A stretch of 64,000 nt of DNA from Gordius albopunctatus (lineage: Eukaryota). Both the position numbers and the translations under genes were made by a program. Shown here in pieces: positions 12,892 to 26,900 of this stretch. Each line of letters starts with the position of its first letter. Position 1 is the stretch's first letter. Below the pieces are notes generated by a model. That model did not search any database. It saw only the letters and a list, made by a program, of their open reading frames with translations, and had not been told where the DNA came from. Location: the NCBI GenBank assembly GCA_964276515.1, contig OZ193910.1, positions 5,022,001 to 5,086,000 of the forward strand. Direction: 5' to 3'.

Positions 12892-15800
12892 TTACTTCTT
12901 TTTAGGCGTAGAGGCGGTAACTTTAAGGTTTTGTGACGCACGAGGTCGTAATATTAATTTTCGATTTCTCAAAGGCCGCACTTGAGTTAACATTGGTGGT
13001 TGGGTGGTTGATTCGCTGCTACCCTCAGAACTTGAGTGTGTGCGACCACGCTTGGGGGTAGACGTGTGCGGCGAAGCACGAGAAATTAGAAGGCTAGGCG
13101 GAGTTGACAAGGGTAGTGTTCTGCGTGGGCATTTTGATCTAATCCGCAAGAGAATCACAATACTTAAAATTTTTATCTTTCGTTGATTATTAAGCTCATA
13201 TTTTTGTGTTCAAAATACTTTTATTTGCAAAAAATTATACATAAGAATTACAAAAAAACGTGTATAAAATAAATTATATATTTACTACCCGAAAGCTCTC
13301 AATCATTAAAAATAGTTATAAGTATAGCTTCTACAGGCGTCGATAAAATTTAATGTGGTGGAGACTCAAACCAATGTATTATAAAATAATAATTTTAAGA
13401 ATAAGCGTTGTTTATGTCTTATAAGGGTACAATAAAAAATTTAGAGCCCTTTTAGGGATTCTCATAGTTGAATACAACTTCAAAGTTTTAGAAAACGACT
13501 AGCCTATTTTAGATGAAAATAATTTAAAACTAAGTTATTAATCCCTATGTCCTTTTTCATTCGGTTTATGTTTGATCTTTTGACTTCGTCTTCGTAAGAA
13601 AATGCGAGCAAAAATTTTGAAAGACCACTTATACAAAGCAAATTTATTGAAAAGATGAAAAAAACCCACAAATTATTATAAATTATACTCAAATAATAAT
13701 TATAAATAAAAAGGTCTGATTCAAAACCATGTTAACAGCTTTCAAATGAACGAGATAAATTTAAAATTATGCAAAAAAGCAATTAATATTCAAAATGAGA
13801 CGTAGCTTGACCAAAAATATCCAAACGTATTATTTAAGCTTAGCATCTCCTAAGCGGAAAAAAAGGTTTCAACTACTAAAATTATAACGAAAAAAAGGCA
13901 AGATTCATCCAGAGTACTAGAGCCTTACAGAAAATTACAAGCTGGGCACCACACTTTTAAGAAGGAAAGTACGTCGCCTGTCCTAGTAGAGTAGTCGTGA
14001 GCATAAGCGCAAACGGTATATGTGCCTGGAGTTGCTCTTTTGAGATCGCCGATCGAAAGGTAGGATATTTCCAAGTTTTGAGAATTTGGCATCCTCTTCA
14101 ACAAAACGCCTAAACCATTGATGGTCAGCATTAGTAATTAATATTTTATTTCACTACAACAACACAGTCGAGGGTGTAGCCAAGGGGGGACAGGGAGGGG
14201 CGGATGACCCCCCTCTTAATCCGAAAATTTGTTGAAATTTATTGAGATTATTGCTGAAATTTCAAAAAATAATGATTTTGCCGGTCCAATCGCAATGCTA
14301 ACTACGCCCATGAACACAGTAATTATTATTACTTCTGAACGGGCCAAATTGAACGAATGCCTGATATCGGTAATAAAATTCGTCCTAAATCATTGATTAT
14401 CTATGAATTCAACTTTACTTTAATAGCATCATCATAAGAAATTGCATGTCACGCGACGCGAATTAACGTGATTGTCGCATTTAAATGGACATAAAATAGG
14501 ATCTATAAATTACTGGTAGCTGGTTGGGCGGTTATCAGTTGTAAATCTTTGCAGCCGTGTATAGCGTGTAACTCACGCCTAACTTTCCCCACTAACTTAC
14601 CGCACTGACAAGCAGGAGGGACGTCGAGGAACTGAGATTTTGGCGGAGACAGGTTGCACAGAACATCTAAGCTACCTAACGGTGTGAAGAAACAAGGTTT
14701 AACAGTAAATCAAATAAACTAAAAGAAATTTTGTCTTAATAGAGAATTCAAAATCAATTTATCCAAAGCTAAATTCGAGTTCGAAGGTTTGCTAAAACAA
14801 TGTGCATCGACAAAGCTTTCGAACTAATATAAAGCCTACCCACTGCTTCCATTTCACTGGGCTCCGTAAAAAAAGCTTGCATAGCTTCGGTTTCGTTAAC
14901 AGCACCTTTCTTCTCGTCAGATTCCTTCGATAACTCCGCTTGACGCCTTTATCGCAAAAGTAAATTTATAAAATGAATATAAGTCACTGGAAATGTTTTA
15001 AGTCAGTCTTTTTGTAAAAAATTACATGTGAAGAAATTCAAAATGCTATGGGGATAGGTGGGAGAAGTGCAATTTTTTAGTATTTAAAATTGCAATATAA
15101 ATGTCAAATATTGGAGTTCATTTTTGAAATCAGAGGGAAAAGCAATCCCCCTCCTTAATCAAAATACTAATTATAGATAAGATTATGTTGATGAAGTGAG
15201 ATCCCAAGAGGAGAGGTTATTTAATAGGTGGACATCGACAGGAGAAATTCAAAAATGGTCAGCATATTTATTAGAATCTTATGTATAATTTAGCAAGATA
15301 TTTTGCTCTTGTAAAAAGCATTTTGACCTAATAAAGCTTCCAAATTATACACCATTGTTATATTAAATTTTATGTAAAAGATGTTTTAAGCACGAAATGC
15401 TAAAAATCTTTTCATTCAGGGCTGATTTTATTTAATAAGTATCACATACCAGGTTTGATCAGCTTAGGGTTGTATAACTAAAAAACTATATATATGAGTT
15501 GGGTTAGTGTACAGAAAATTGCAGGTGACTGATTAAGAGAGCTACTTAGTTCAAACCAACCTTCACATGTCAATTAAATTGTGCTTGATATATTTCATTA
15601 CTATTATTATGGGCCCAATCAGGATTTACATAAAAGAAAATGAATTTTTATGATATAAAAGGTAAAATTAACATTACAATTTTTAAAGCAATTTACATTG
15701 AAAAAAATCAGAAATTTTTTAAAATGGCTCAACTTTGAATAATTGGAATGGTAGCAATTTTAAAAATTATAGGACAATTTTAATAAATGGTAAGAAATTT

Positions 15801-17073
15801 TAAATCAATTAATAATTTTTTTAATTGGTTAATGCTATGAGACATTTACAGCTAAATTAAATAACACCCTGTTGAAAGTGTCCTATAAAATAACCAATTC
15901 ATGCCAAATGACAAAACTGTAGGACACTTAGATTTAAAATTAAAGAAATATATTCAAAGATAGTTTGTTGTGAGAAATTTAATGCTTTAGCAAATTGAGA
16001 AATTAAAATATAATAAGAGCTCTAAAAATTTTATATTGCCCATATTTACTTTTGTATAAATTCAATAAATTGTGAATCGGAGCAATTTTCTTTAATACCA
16101 CGATTAAAGCGGGAGCCACCATGAAGTACAAATTCAATTTGTTGGTCAATTAGATTCTCAGAAGTAGGAGAATCCATCATGTTCAACTTTTTAATTATTG
16201 AGATATGCACATTTGTTAGCAATATATATTTGCCAACCTAAATGTGTTTTAAACGTCCATAAATTTTTATTACTGGTATTTTGTTGCATTCATTAATATG
16301 TTCATCATAAATATAGATTGGAACAATATATTCTGAAGGAATAAACTGAATTAGATCTTTATCTTGTTCTATATCAGAAAGTTCATGAGTTGATGAATTT
16401 ACACTTTTAATTTGACTAGCTCTAAAAACAGTCCTTCATAAATTATATCTAAATTCTTTACATATTCACTAATGTCCCATCCCACACATATATTACTAAA
16501 GGAATATCCAATTGACATTTTGCAAGCATTTGACATTTTAAATCAATATACTTTCCAGGAACACATTGATTTAAAGTGCAAACCATTGTTTCAATTAAAG
16601 GTTGACTTTTTAAAATCCAAAGTCTAAGTTTTTTGATCTAAATTATTCTTCAACAATCTAAATTATATATTACAATTTCATTATCTATAGCCTCAACAGT
16701 AAAGCAATGTGATGATGAGTATAAAGGAATATAATCATTTGATATAACTTCACTAAATATAAGATAGGAAAAACCAGCAAGACCGACCCCAATTAATTTG
16801 TTATTGTACTGCTCAATCTAAAAGGGTAATTTTTTATTTGGCTTTTAGTACTTTTAAACGATGAATGCGGATAATTTTTCCAATTTCAAATGCATGATAA
16901 GGTATAGAACCAGTAAAAAATAAATTACATATGAATTTATCATCGTTTGTGATGCTGGGATCAACAACTCCAATTGTTATATTGTTTTGATTGAATTTTA
17001 CATATCTTATTACACCATATGTGTTATATCTTTTATTTTCCTCCATGTCGCTCAACTCGTTATATGTATACAT
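12892..17073 (-). CDS. POT1: Protection of telomeres 1-like protein (OB1, OB2, start of C-terminal domain), multi-exon
   Basis: OB1 YNTYGVI...GKIIRIHRLK; OB2 YIDLKCQMLAK...VWDGT and IEFVLHGGSRFNRGI; C-terminal-domain start KVWCPACNFL (~13929-14100); exons 16852-17073, 16674-16817, ~16462-16637, 16274-~16433, 16050-16237, ~14840-14947, ~14601-14675, small linker exons, inferred last exon 12892-13138. Middle and 3' exon borders are less certain. Confidence 0.85.
14169..14312. mobile_element. Short hAT-type MITE in a POT1 intron
   Basis: 8-bp TSD AACACAGT; ends CGAGGGTGTAGCC / ACTACGCCCATG. Confidence 0.8.
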
Positions 17074-20000
17074 TTAAAATTAAAATTTTGGCGCAGTTTT
17101 GCTGCAATAGGTCACCATTTACAACAAAGTACGAGGCAGACACCTTGAAATTGCCCATGGAAAATGTCGCGCTAATTAAATATATATTTGAAAGAGTTTT
17201 ATACCTTATAACTGCAAACTATCTCTAAAGTCATTGTGCCATTTTTTGGTAATTTCTTATCCAACTAACTATAACTAAAGAATTAATGCAAATTAACAAA
17301 GCTTTAAATTAATAATAATTAAAACTCTAAGATTAATATAGTAAAGATTCTACTAGTAAAGTTTCAAATAAAATGAATAAAATTACGAGAAAATAGCCGT
17401 TAAAAGGGGGTTTAGGAGATTGTTTATTATCCGCTAATTACCTGCCTAACGTAATCTTCCCTTTATATAAGCGTCTAGGCTTCTATGATTTAAATTAAGA
17501 GATTGCGATTAATACAGGTTTACAAAAAATTTATCCTGTGATCTGAAATTTAATTATGATAGAAAAATTTAGGATGAGTAATAATTTGTTTTTAATGTTT
17601 CCCAAAACTTTAAGATTTTTGGAAAGAGATTAAAGGTGTATCAATTGGATTTTTTAAAGTTTTTGAAATCTAAATCCTTACTACATTTTTAGTTATTATT
17701 GACAGTAATATAATCCTATAGATCATCAATTTATCTTGTCGGGTTTGGAATATTGCAGAATTCTGACAGAATGATAATTTAAGATACCGAATAAAATAAT
17801 TTATTTATTTAAGCGTCTGCGAGTAATATTTATTTTATTTTATTCTAAAACTACCGCGACAAAAAGATCCGCGAATTAATATTGATTATTATTATATTGT
17901 TTTACATCATTTTCCGAATCATAATTACTAAAAAAAATATATCTCTGTAAAAGTGATGCAATAATAATCGATAAAAAAGGTAATAATAATCGATCTATTT
18001 GTATCATAGAGATATTAACAAACATGACTTATCATGAACACGAGTAGAGTAAAATTTACGCGTATAAGAGTATGCGTGTGGGTGGGGGGGGGTCGAATCT
18101 ATAAAACATCGGATACCCACAAGGGGGTGAGGCGTAAGTGGGTGGAGTACACCACACTACAGGGCTATATAATTATATTTTTGGTTAATTTTATATTTGA
18201 ATATATAAATATTAATTGAACACCTCCCACCCCCTATCAAAATTCCTAACACTTTAGCTAGGAAAACGTATTACATATTTTTATAAGAAGTCTATTAATA
18301 TTTGACTCGTTCTTATCACTTAAACTTTTCTTTTACTTCACACCTTTTCTTCAAGTCCCCATGTTTAGCCAAACATACAAGATGCAAGCTGGATTGGAGG
18401 AGACTTGGAGATAGTAAGGAAATAGAAAAATCTTATTGAGCGGAAGGGGTTCAGATTAACACGGATGAGCTTAGCAGTCAAACACATAAAATAATAGAAT
18501 ACCCGCAAGATCTTAAGGATTATATAATTTTCTTTAATAAAGATAAATTAGAAATGGAATGAGAATTTTGTTTCAAAAACGTAAAAAACCCTTCTTACAC
18601 TTTTAACTTTTATATAATTATTTTGATGGAAAATATTTAAACCTAATATTGCTCAGCGCTGATTCCTCTATCATAATTATTTATCAGATTACTAAATGGA
18701 TTCCCAAGGTCAATGTTTGCCGCCCGTTTGATTCGGCTCTAAACGAGATCATGATTGAGTAAATACATTGTCATATATACTGGTCAGGCATTTCTTAAGG
18801 TTTTTAATTAATACTAATTTATAGCACAAATATCTATATTTGGTCAACATTTATTTACAAACAAAAATTAGCAGATAGGCTTAAAAAAAGTTCTGACGCG
18901 GCCTGTAATCTTTTAAACTTACCATATAACAATTAAAAACGGACCAAAAATGAAAAAGATCTTAAGAAAATCATTGAAATAGTTTTTAATAAATTAAATT
19001 TTTGGATTTTAGGCGTAATTTTTAATCAATTTTACATCAATAAAAAATTTAATCATGCGGAAGTGAAAATCACAGAGCCGAATATTCTCAACTGTCTAAG
19101 TATAAAATAAAAATATTAAATCCCAAGCCTCTGACATTTTTACTTTAAATTTTTATACACGATTTATAAAAAGGGGTAATATAACTAAAGATTTTACACT
19201 TGTTATTTTATTGAAGCCCATAAGTAGGATAACTTATACCGTCGTTTTCTATATTTTTTTTCCATATAAAGTATGAGTGTGCAGGACCTCGGGGCGCTAA
19301 GATGAATAGATTTACTCACAGTCTATAGAATTGTTATAAAATTAAATGTGTAACAAAGTGGCTAAAATAAAAAAACATAAATTTGTTAAAGAATCATTCA
19401 TTGGTTCAATCTATCATCAAAATACACGTCTAGACTCAATTCTATATAATAAAAACAAAATACCAAATAAAAAACCACTTTAAAGACATGTAATATTGCG
19501 CGACGCCTAAAATGTCTCAGAATTTCATAAAACACACATTTATTACCACATCACAATACATTAAGGAAGTTTTAAAAGACAAGTTCGATGAAAAACGATG
19601 ATCATATATTAAGGTTGCACGATTGAGGGGAGGGAGGCAGGGATACGATATCAATAAATAATACAAATTAAAGACCAGACACAAACACTACCACAAAAGC
19701 ATGGATAAGTGAAATAAATTCGTTAAAATATAATTGGTACACACATTGTAAAGGGGACCGAGCAAAATACAAGAAATTTGGTTGAGTATACGATTGATAA
19801 ATAAGTTTTCAAATTTTGCGGATAAATAAAGATTATTAAAAAGATACGATAAAGATATTTGTGAAAGAATGAGAAGAGAGCGTGGAATGTAGGTCTGGTA
19901 GGAATATAATGAGATGGTCCATAAAGATGGCTAAACAATGAACACGCCAATATACAGTATGACTTTTGTATTCCCTACAAGTTGAAGTAATTCATTCCAA

Positions 20001-20924
20001 CGATATGGCTAGATTTAAATTAATTGAAAAAAATAAATCCTATAAACTAAATTAAATTTTTATAAAATAGAAGTACCTGCTAGATTGAGATTAAAGAATT
20101 GCTGCCACACGAAGTCAATTACATATACACCTGTAAACACAAGCTTAAATAAATTCATATACATTAAATTTCAGGTAAAAAAGGTTAAACAATATAAGCG
20201 ATATGCGAGGCCAAGATCCTGGGCAGGGGTTATCTCGCCCCTAATCATCCAATTTATTTGAGCACGAATAAAATAAACTTTTCGACACTCTAATACAACC
20301 CTGGTTGAGAGCGGGGATCTTTAGCTTTAATACAAAGACTTGTGACATCGCCCAACTATTTTGAGCTGGGTAAGTCAAAAAACTCGGTTAAAAACTACAA
20401 ATTCACATATCAATAGTGAATTTTAAGTCGGAAGTCATGTTAAATTTTTTTCAAGATTTCACCAAAGCCAATGCTGAATTCACCAAATTAGTAGTTTGGA
20501 TGAGTATTAGTCTGTAGGGATATAGAGTTTCTACTTTATTAATAACCAAAAGATCAACTCAAAAGCCGGTGATGAATTCAACGAATTAGTTTGGATGGGT
20601 ATTGGCCCATCAACAAAAAAACCTTGCTTCAAATAATAAACTCATTAAATACGTGATGTATTTTCTTATTTGCAACCAGAGATGTGTCTTTATAAAATCT
20701 GAAGTGGACTCACATTATGCCGGATTAGGTGGTAACTATCGAATCATCATATATGCATACTCAATCCTTGCAATATATGTTTCAGAAAAAATAATTTGTA
20801 CCAGAGCTAAGGACATTACCTAGTTTAAAATGGGCTCTCCCCTTACATCATCAGCTTTTCACGTAAAAACTCAAACAAAATCTTAAAATAATGCATTTTT
20901 ACCAGCCATAATCAGACGTTCCTC

Positions 20925-23900
20925 TTATACCTGTATGGGTGGATAATTTCTAGCGCCGGACTCAGTGTTATAATCGACCTGACCATAATACTCTGCATCG
21001 CGATAGGTTGCTGGTTGGGTTCGATCGGGTTCTAATTTAAAATCGACCCTTTCAGCTTCGGGCGGGGGTTTTGTGGGGTCTGCCAGACCCCGGACCTCTA
21101 CTTCCTTCTGACTACTTTTATAGCCCGGAGCCTTGACCGTTATTTGGTAGTGGCCGGGCGTGAGGAGTCTGAAGTAATCTCCTTGCGGGGCTAGATGACA
21201 ATGACGATTAAGCAAATTAAAACTTGAATAAAGAGGCGCAAATTTTAAATTATAACCTCATAATCTAATTTAAAAAGGTAAACACACATTTTAACTTTCT
21301 GTTTTAAATTGTGTTGTTTATTTTAGTGGTTATAATATTGTATCAATAATAATAATAAAAATGACGACCAAAATTGTTCCCTAGCTTTTAGGAATATGAC
21401 CCCATGTAACGAACGGAGAGTCCAAAAATATGATGTTAGGTTGAGAGCTACTCGACATTAAAAATAAACCGGCGTCTTTTAATGATGTCAACTTCGAAAA
21501 GTGCTCTTTATTGAACATTTGTAAATAGGCTTCGAAAACTTCTGTTCTCCATATAAATTTCGCTTAGAGAGGTCAGGATGATAAAGTTAAATCTTTCAAC
21601 ATCTTAGGTCGGGTATTAAGGCCTATTTAGCACTAATCTCTAGAATTTATCCCTAAAAACTCCTGAATCTTAAAAAATCTCTTACTAATTAATTTGTCAT
21701 TATTAAAAAGTTATAGAAAAAATTCCTCTAAATTAGACAAACACAGATAAAGGTGTTAAAAATTATAAAAGTGGGCAGGAAAATTATACTGCTAGTAATG
21801 TCGTGCTTTATATCGGTTCCATCCGTCATATTTTTGACTTTTATAGTGGCTATGGCATCTATGGTTCGATTTGGGTAACTAGCGTCGTATAGCATACCCT
21901 TGATACCCATGTGAGCCTGGAGAATAATGTAATAAAATTTATTTTACATAAATCTCATCGATAGTTTAGATTTTTTCTTAGTTTCAAAAAACGATATTTC
22001 ACTTAATTTATAGAAGCTAAATGTTTTTTAATTAACGATAATGATAATCGGCGAAAATGATTCTGTAATTACTAATCCTGCGTTCTTATAGAAAAAAATG
22101 AATTACAAGTTCGAAACCTTGATTGACAATTCTAACACACCCCAAATTAATAAAAATGCATATTTTTGTCCAATTTTATTTGTTAAAAAGAGTTTTATAT
22201 TACATTAAACGTTCAACTAATATATGCCAGCACGTAAAATTAAAAACTAATAAATTAGTTATACAAAGACGACGTGTTTTATGTTTTAAATAATTTAGAA
22301 AACCTTAAAATTACAAAAGCGAGCCAATAAATTGCATAGGAATTAATAATTTTTTTAAACGTACAAACGCCTTTCAAAACCCCTAACCCAGATTAAATAG
22401 TCTTGTCCTGAGACCTTGGGAGAAAATTAAAAGTTTAAAATTCAATTAGGTCTATAAATGGAAATCTATGCAGTTCAGCAGTTTTACACGGGAAAAGTAA
22501 AATTTTCATCTAAAAGGAAATATAACTATATAGTATAATGTGGAAACTAACCTGCCAAATAAAGTTGATGAGGGAATCCTTATTATCTTTCCAGTACTGT
22601 AACAGCTTGTGGGGTTCGGGAAATTTTTGGCAACTCAGCTCCAGGGTTATTTCGAAGGCGTTCGTGGCCAAGTAGTTGAAATCTTGCATGCCTGCGGAAA
22701 AATATAACGGGCACGACATTACCTTTTGCCTAAACTTCACTAAAAACGGGCGAAATTATGGGAAATCCCAGCCAAAGATTTTGTATTGAGATGATTGCAA
22801 AACACAGGTCTTATAATTTACTACTCTAAAAAGCTTTTAGGTTGGAAGTTAGGGTTAAAGGGCAACCTAAAAGTTTTTCAAATTCCCAACTAAAATTTTA
22901 AAAAAATGAAGGTTAAAATAGCTGGCTATTAGTAAAAAATTCTCAGCTTTTTTATATAGACTACAAATAAATAAATACAAAAAATTTTAAGGCTTGACGA
23001 AATTTATCGGGCTACATAAAAAGGGGGGTAGTATTTTAAAAACGCCAGGGTTTTGTTTGGTCCACCTTTGATTTAAGTAAGACTAACGCTCGACTCTAGT
23101 CTGTTTCTCAAATTTTAACTAAGAAAAACAAATTTAAAAATCTTTGGTAAGTTTATGTCAAAACTCAGCTGTTTTCGAAACACAAAAGGGGACTTACCAC
23201 CGGACACGCTATACCAATCAGCTCCGTTGGTGATGCCGTAATCACCGAAATTACGGTCGGACATGGGACAAAATTGGCGAGATTTGTTGGACATGACGGG
23301 GTGCAGGAGGGAATACGATTTAGCCAGGTACCTGCACGTGCGTCAAAAATTTCTCTATAAGGGCGTGACATCTCACAAATTGTGCTGGCGAATGACTAGT
23401 TAAAGCTACTAAGGCGGCGCCAGAATAGAATAAATCCTCATCATGCCCAATGTCCCGATTGTTTATACATGACTTTACGGTTTAGCAAAATGGTGATTCA
23501 ATCATTTTGTTATGCCTGATAATTTTTTACCATTTAACCGAGATCTTGAATTAAACGTAGTTATAATGAGCAAAAGAAAGGAGATAATTTAAGGCATCGA
23601 CCAAAATTGAGAATCATCAAATTCTCTCTCCCCTGCAAAACAAATACGCATTTTTTGTCGTTTTACGGAAATTGTAGCAGTATTTAACTACTCTAGTATC
23701 CTATCGCGAGAGACGATGTAACACGGAAACAACAACACGAGCAAGCTAAACTGCCATGAATGATTAGAACGCATGTTGTTAACGTGAATAGGCGTCTCGT
23801 GTCGGCCAAAAGTATTATGTACATTATAAGGACAAGCTAATTATAAGGACAAAACCTGGAAAGTATCTTTGAAAAATACGAAATACTCTCCGATTCCGAT

Positions 23901-26900
23901 AAAAGTACTGAAAGCTTACACGACGGCAAAACTTATTACCGAAAGGTGTCACAACCCTACTTAGATTTTTCCATCCCCATTTATACAAATAATTTGGTGC
24001 ATTTTAAAGAATTTAGCGAAAAAATTGTCGTAAAATATTATGTTATAGGTAACGTTGTATAAAATTTACTTAAAAACATTGTCATCCGGGGTGCGGGTAT
24101 ACTCCTGGTCCCGCCCACTTCGACTTTCGTCGTATGGGTAATTGGCCACTATGTCACCTTCGTGTAGGTTTGCGGAGAGTACGAATGGATATAGGAACAT
24201 CCACCTTATCATAGCCTGAGTTTCGGGTTGCAGCTGTATATGTGTGTGAAAAAATGAAATTAGTAAAAATGTTTCAAAAATTAGACGGTGATATGAATAG
24301 CATTAAATTGCTAAGAATTCACTTTTAATTCATTAATTTATGAGCTCGATAAGCATATAAAATGGCTATGATAAGTTAGAACCATTATTATCTAACTAAC
24401 AAACATGGGCTTAGCCAAGGGGGGCAGGGAGCTCTAAATCGAAAATTTGTTTAAATTTATCAAAATTATCATTTTGCCCTCTCTAAATCATGAATGACCC
24501 CTCTAATCCCTATTCTGGCTAAGCTTATGCCAATAAAATGCTAACAAATGAATTACTAGTTGTAATTAAGTGTGCTTGTATATGTTATTGATGGGCTATC
24601 CAAGGAAACTTTTTAATCAGAAAATTCCACGTTGAGAGTTTGTAAAATTAATTTTTCCAAATCTTCACGCGTTTGCAGAAAGCAGATCTTTTTTCGAGTA
24701 TTTTACCCCCCAGCATATGGCCATTAAATTTTAAAAATCTTGAGGGCAATTTTGGGGACATTAAGGACGTTGGTGAGATTTAGGAAATCAAATCATTTTT
24801 CTACTAAAGATAGTTAAAATGTTGTTACGCCCACGGTAGCGATCTCCCATAGCACTATACCGAAGCAGCATCTTAACTGACAAGTCCGTTACTTTTTTCC
24901 TCGTTATATTGTTGCGAGGCTAGATCTCGCGCCAAACCAAAATCCGCCATCTTTATAGTTAGTGAAGCAAAATAACGGTAAACGCACTTTTTGGAGCTTA
25001 GTTATTCCATGCCCCGGGAAATTGTCATAGTGATTCGATCTTCAGAAGTTAGATTTTCGTGATTTATTCTTATTTCAATTTCACCGTTTTGATTAAGTGA
25101 AGATGAGGCGTTCTTTTTTAATGGGTAATAGTAGCATTCGATTAGCACATTTTTCGCGCCTGTTAACAGGTTGTTTTATTAGATTTTTAGCGCTCTTGAT
25201 GGGATTTGATGTGCCAAAGGTGGCCTGGTTTTTATTTAAAAATGCGACATCTAACACAACTATGACACATATAAAACCGCCAGGGCATGTACAACATCCA
25301 TTTAAATTTTAATAATATTGCCGTGATGGTCGATGATTTTCATGAATTCAGCGCGGATATTTAATCCGCCAATTCTCGATCACTGACATTTTCTTCAGTT
25401 TTCTCCAACGCCTTCTTTTTCCCCCAAAGACCTAAGGCTAGTAATGATTTTGATGTAGAAGAAATCGCATGCTGATCGGAAACCTGTTTCTCAATATACA
25501 CGAGTTCAGCCTAGACCACACAACCTTCAACCACTAGCCTACCTATTTCAACGTAATCAAATCGGTCCACAGATGGCCTTCTTTACACTGCTTCACTATC
25601 TCTTCAGTCACTAACTATATCTCTTCCAGCACCCATTTCTTCGCCATTTTCGGCCAGTAACTTACTGCAAACGATTAGAACATTCCGATTTTTGCTTTTG
25701 TTACTTAAACTTTCTTAGTAACTTAGGATCTCATTTTGCGTGAGATTTTTTAATAAGTGGACTATTAAAGGTATGGAAGAAAGAATGGGATCATCATCTT
25801 TCCATCATTAGTAAGTTTAACATTTAATTTTCACTTAAGCGAGGAGCTTAATATCGTTAATATATACCTAACAACTAAACCAAAACAAAGGTTTTTTTAA
25901 GTATATGTTTTTCTAAGACGACCTCCAGGCTTAGTCAAAACTTGAAAAACAGAGCACAGTTAGTCTTAGTTGAGCCAAAAGTCGAGCAAGCGAAAACCAG
26001 CCGCTACACCCCTTAAGTCAGCTATTGGCCTCGTAAAAGCGAATCTCTGGCAAAAAATACAGCTATACCATCTCATTAAGTAAGGACACTGGAGTAGGCA
26101 GATCAAAAAATTGAAGTGGTGGAAATACATATATATTAGATAAATGACCGTGGAAAACTCAAGGCTATGCAGCAGGCAAAGGGGCGTGATTAAATGTTAC
26201 ATTAGGTAATTGATCCCTGATTTGGCTGAAGAGGTGATGATTGTCGGAATTTCGGAGGGCATCGTTCTGTTGATACACGTAAGAATCGAGATCTGGAAAA
26301 TTGCGATTCAAATCGACGTCATTAGCATTGGAACGACCTATTAACCAACCGTCTGTGGGATTGCCAACCTGAACCAAAGAGCGTGTAATTCAAAATTCAA
26401 TGGAGATTAATCAAAAAATGTAAAAAATGCGTGCCGTGCATGGGTAGAGCCCTGCACGGGCCGCCCGAAACCCGACCCCGGTCCGATCGGGTTTCGGGCC
26501 GGGCTCAGGTCGGTCCTAATGAGGCGGCCCAAATTGAATTAAAGCAAACTAATTTTTTATAAAATGTGATTTAAACAAACTCAACTTGATATTAAATAAT
26601 TATCTTCAAACTTTAGCTTTTTCCCCTGTCTATTATAATTTAACTGACCTGAATTGCAAATCTTATTATAGTATTTATATATTCATAGTTGCTGTTAGAA
26701 CTTAAGAAATAAGATAGGTAAATATTTTAAAAAAATTTTTAATATGGAACTGTTAAATAAAATAAATTTTTTCAAGTTATGTTTTTAGTTTTAAAGCTAA
26801 ATAAATTTTAACGAGTGAAAATGGATTTTTTATTCTAAACTTATCCTAGTTGTAAATTACGAGTAATAACTATATATTGCATTTTATATTTAGATGGTGA

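Noticed and set aside
17074..17245. Upstream coding exons of POT1
   Set aside because: The upstream ATGs checked hit stops or are out of frame with 17073; at most 5' UTR or uORFs
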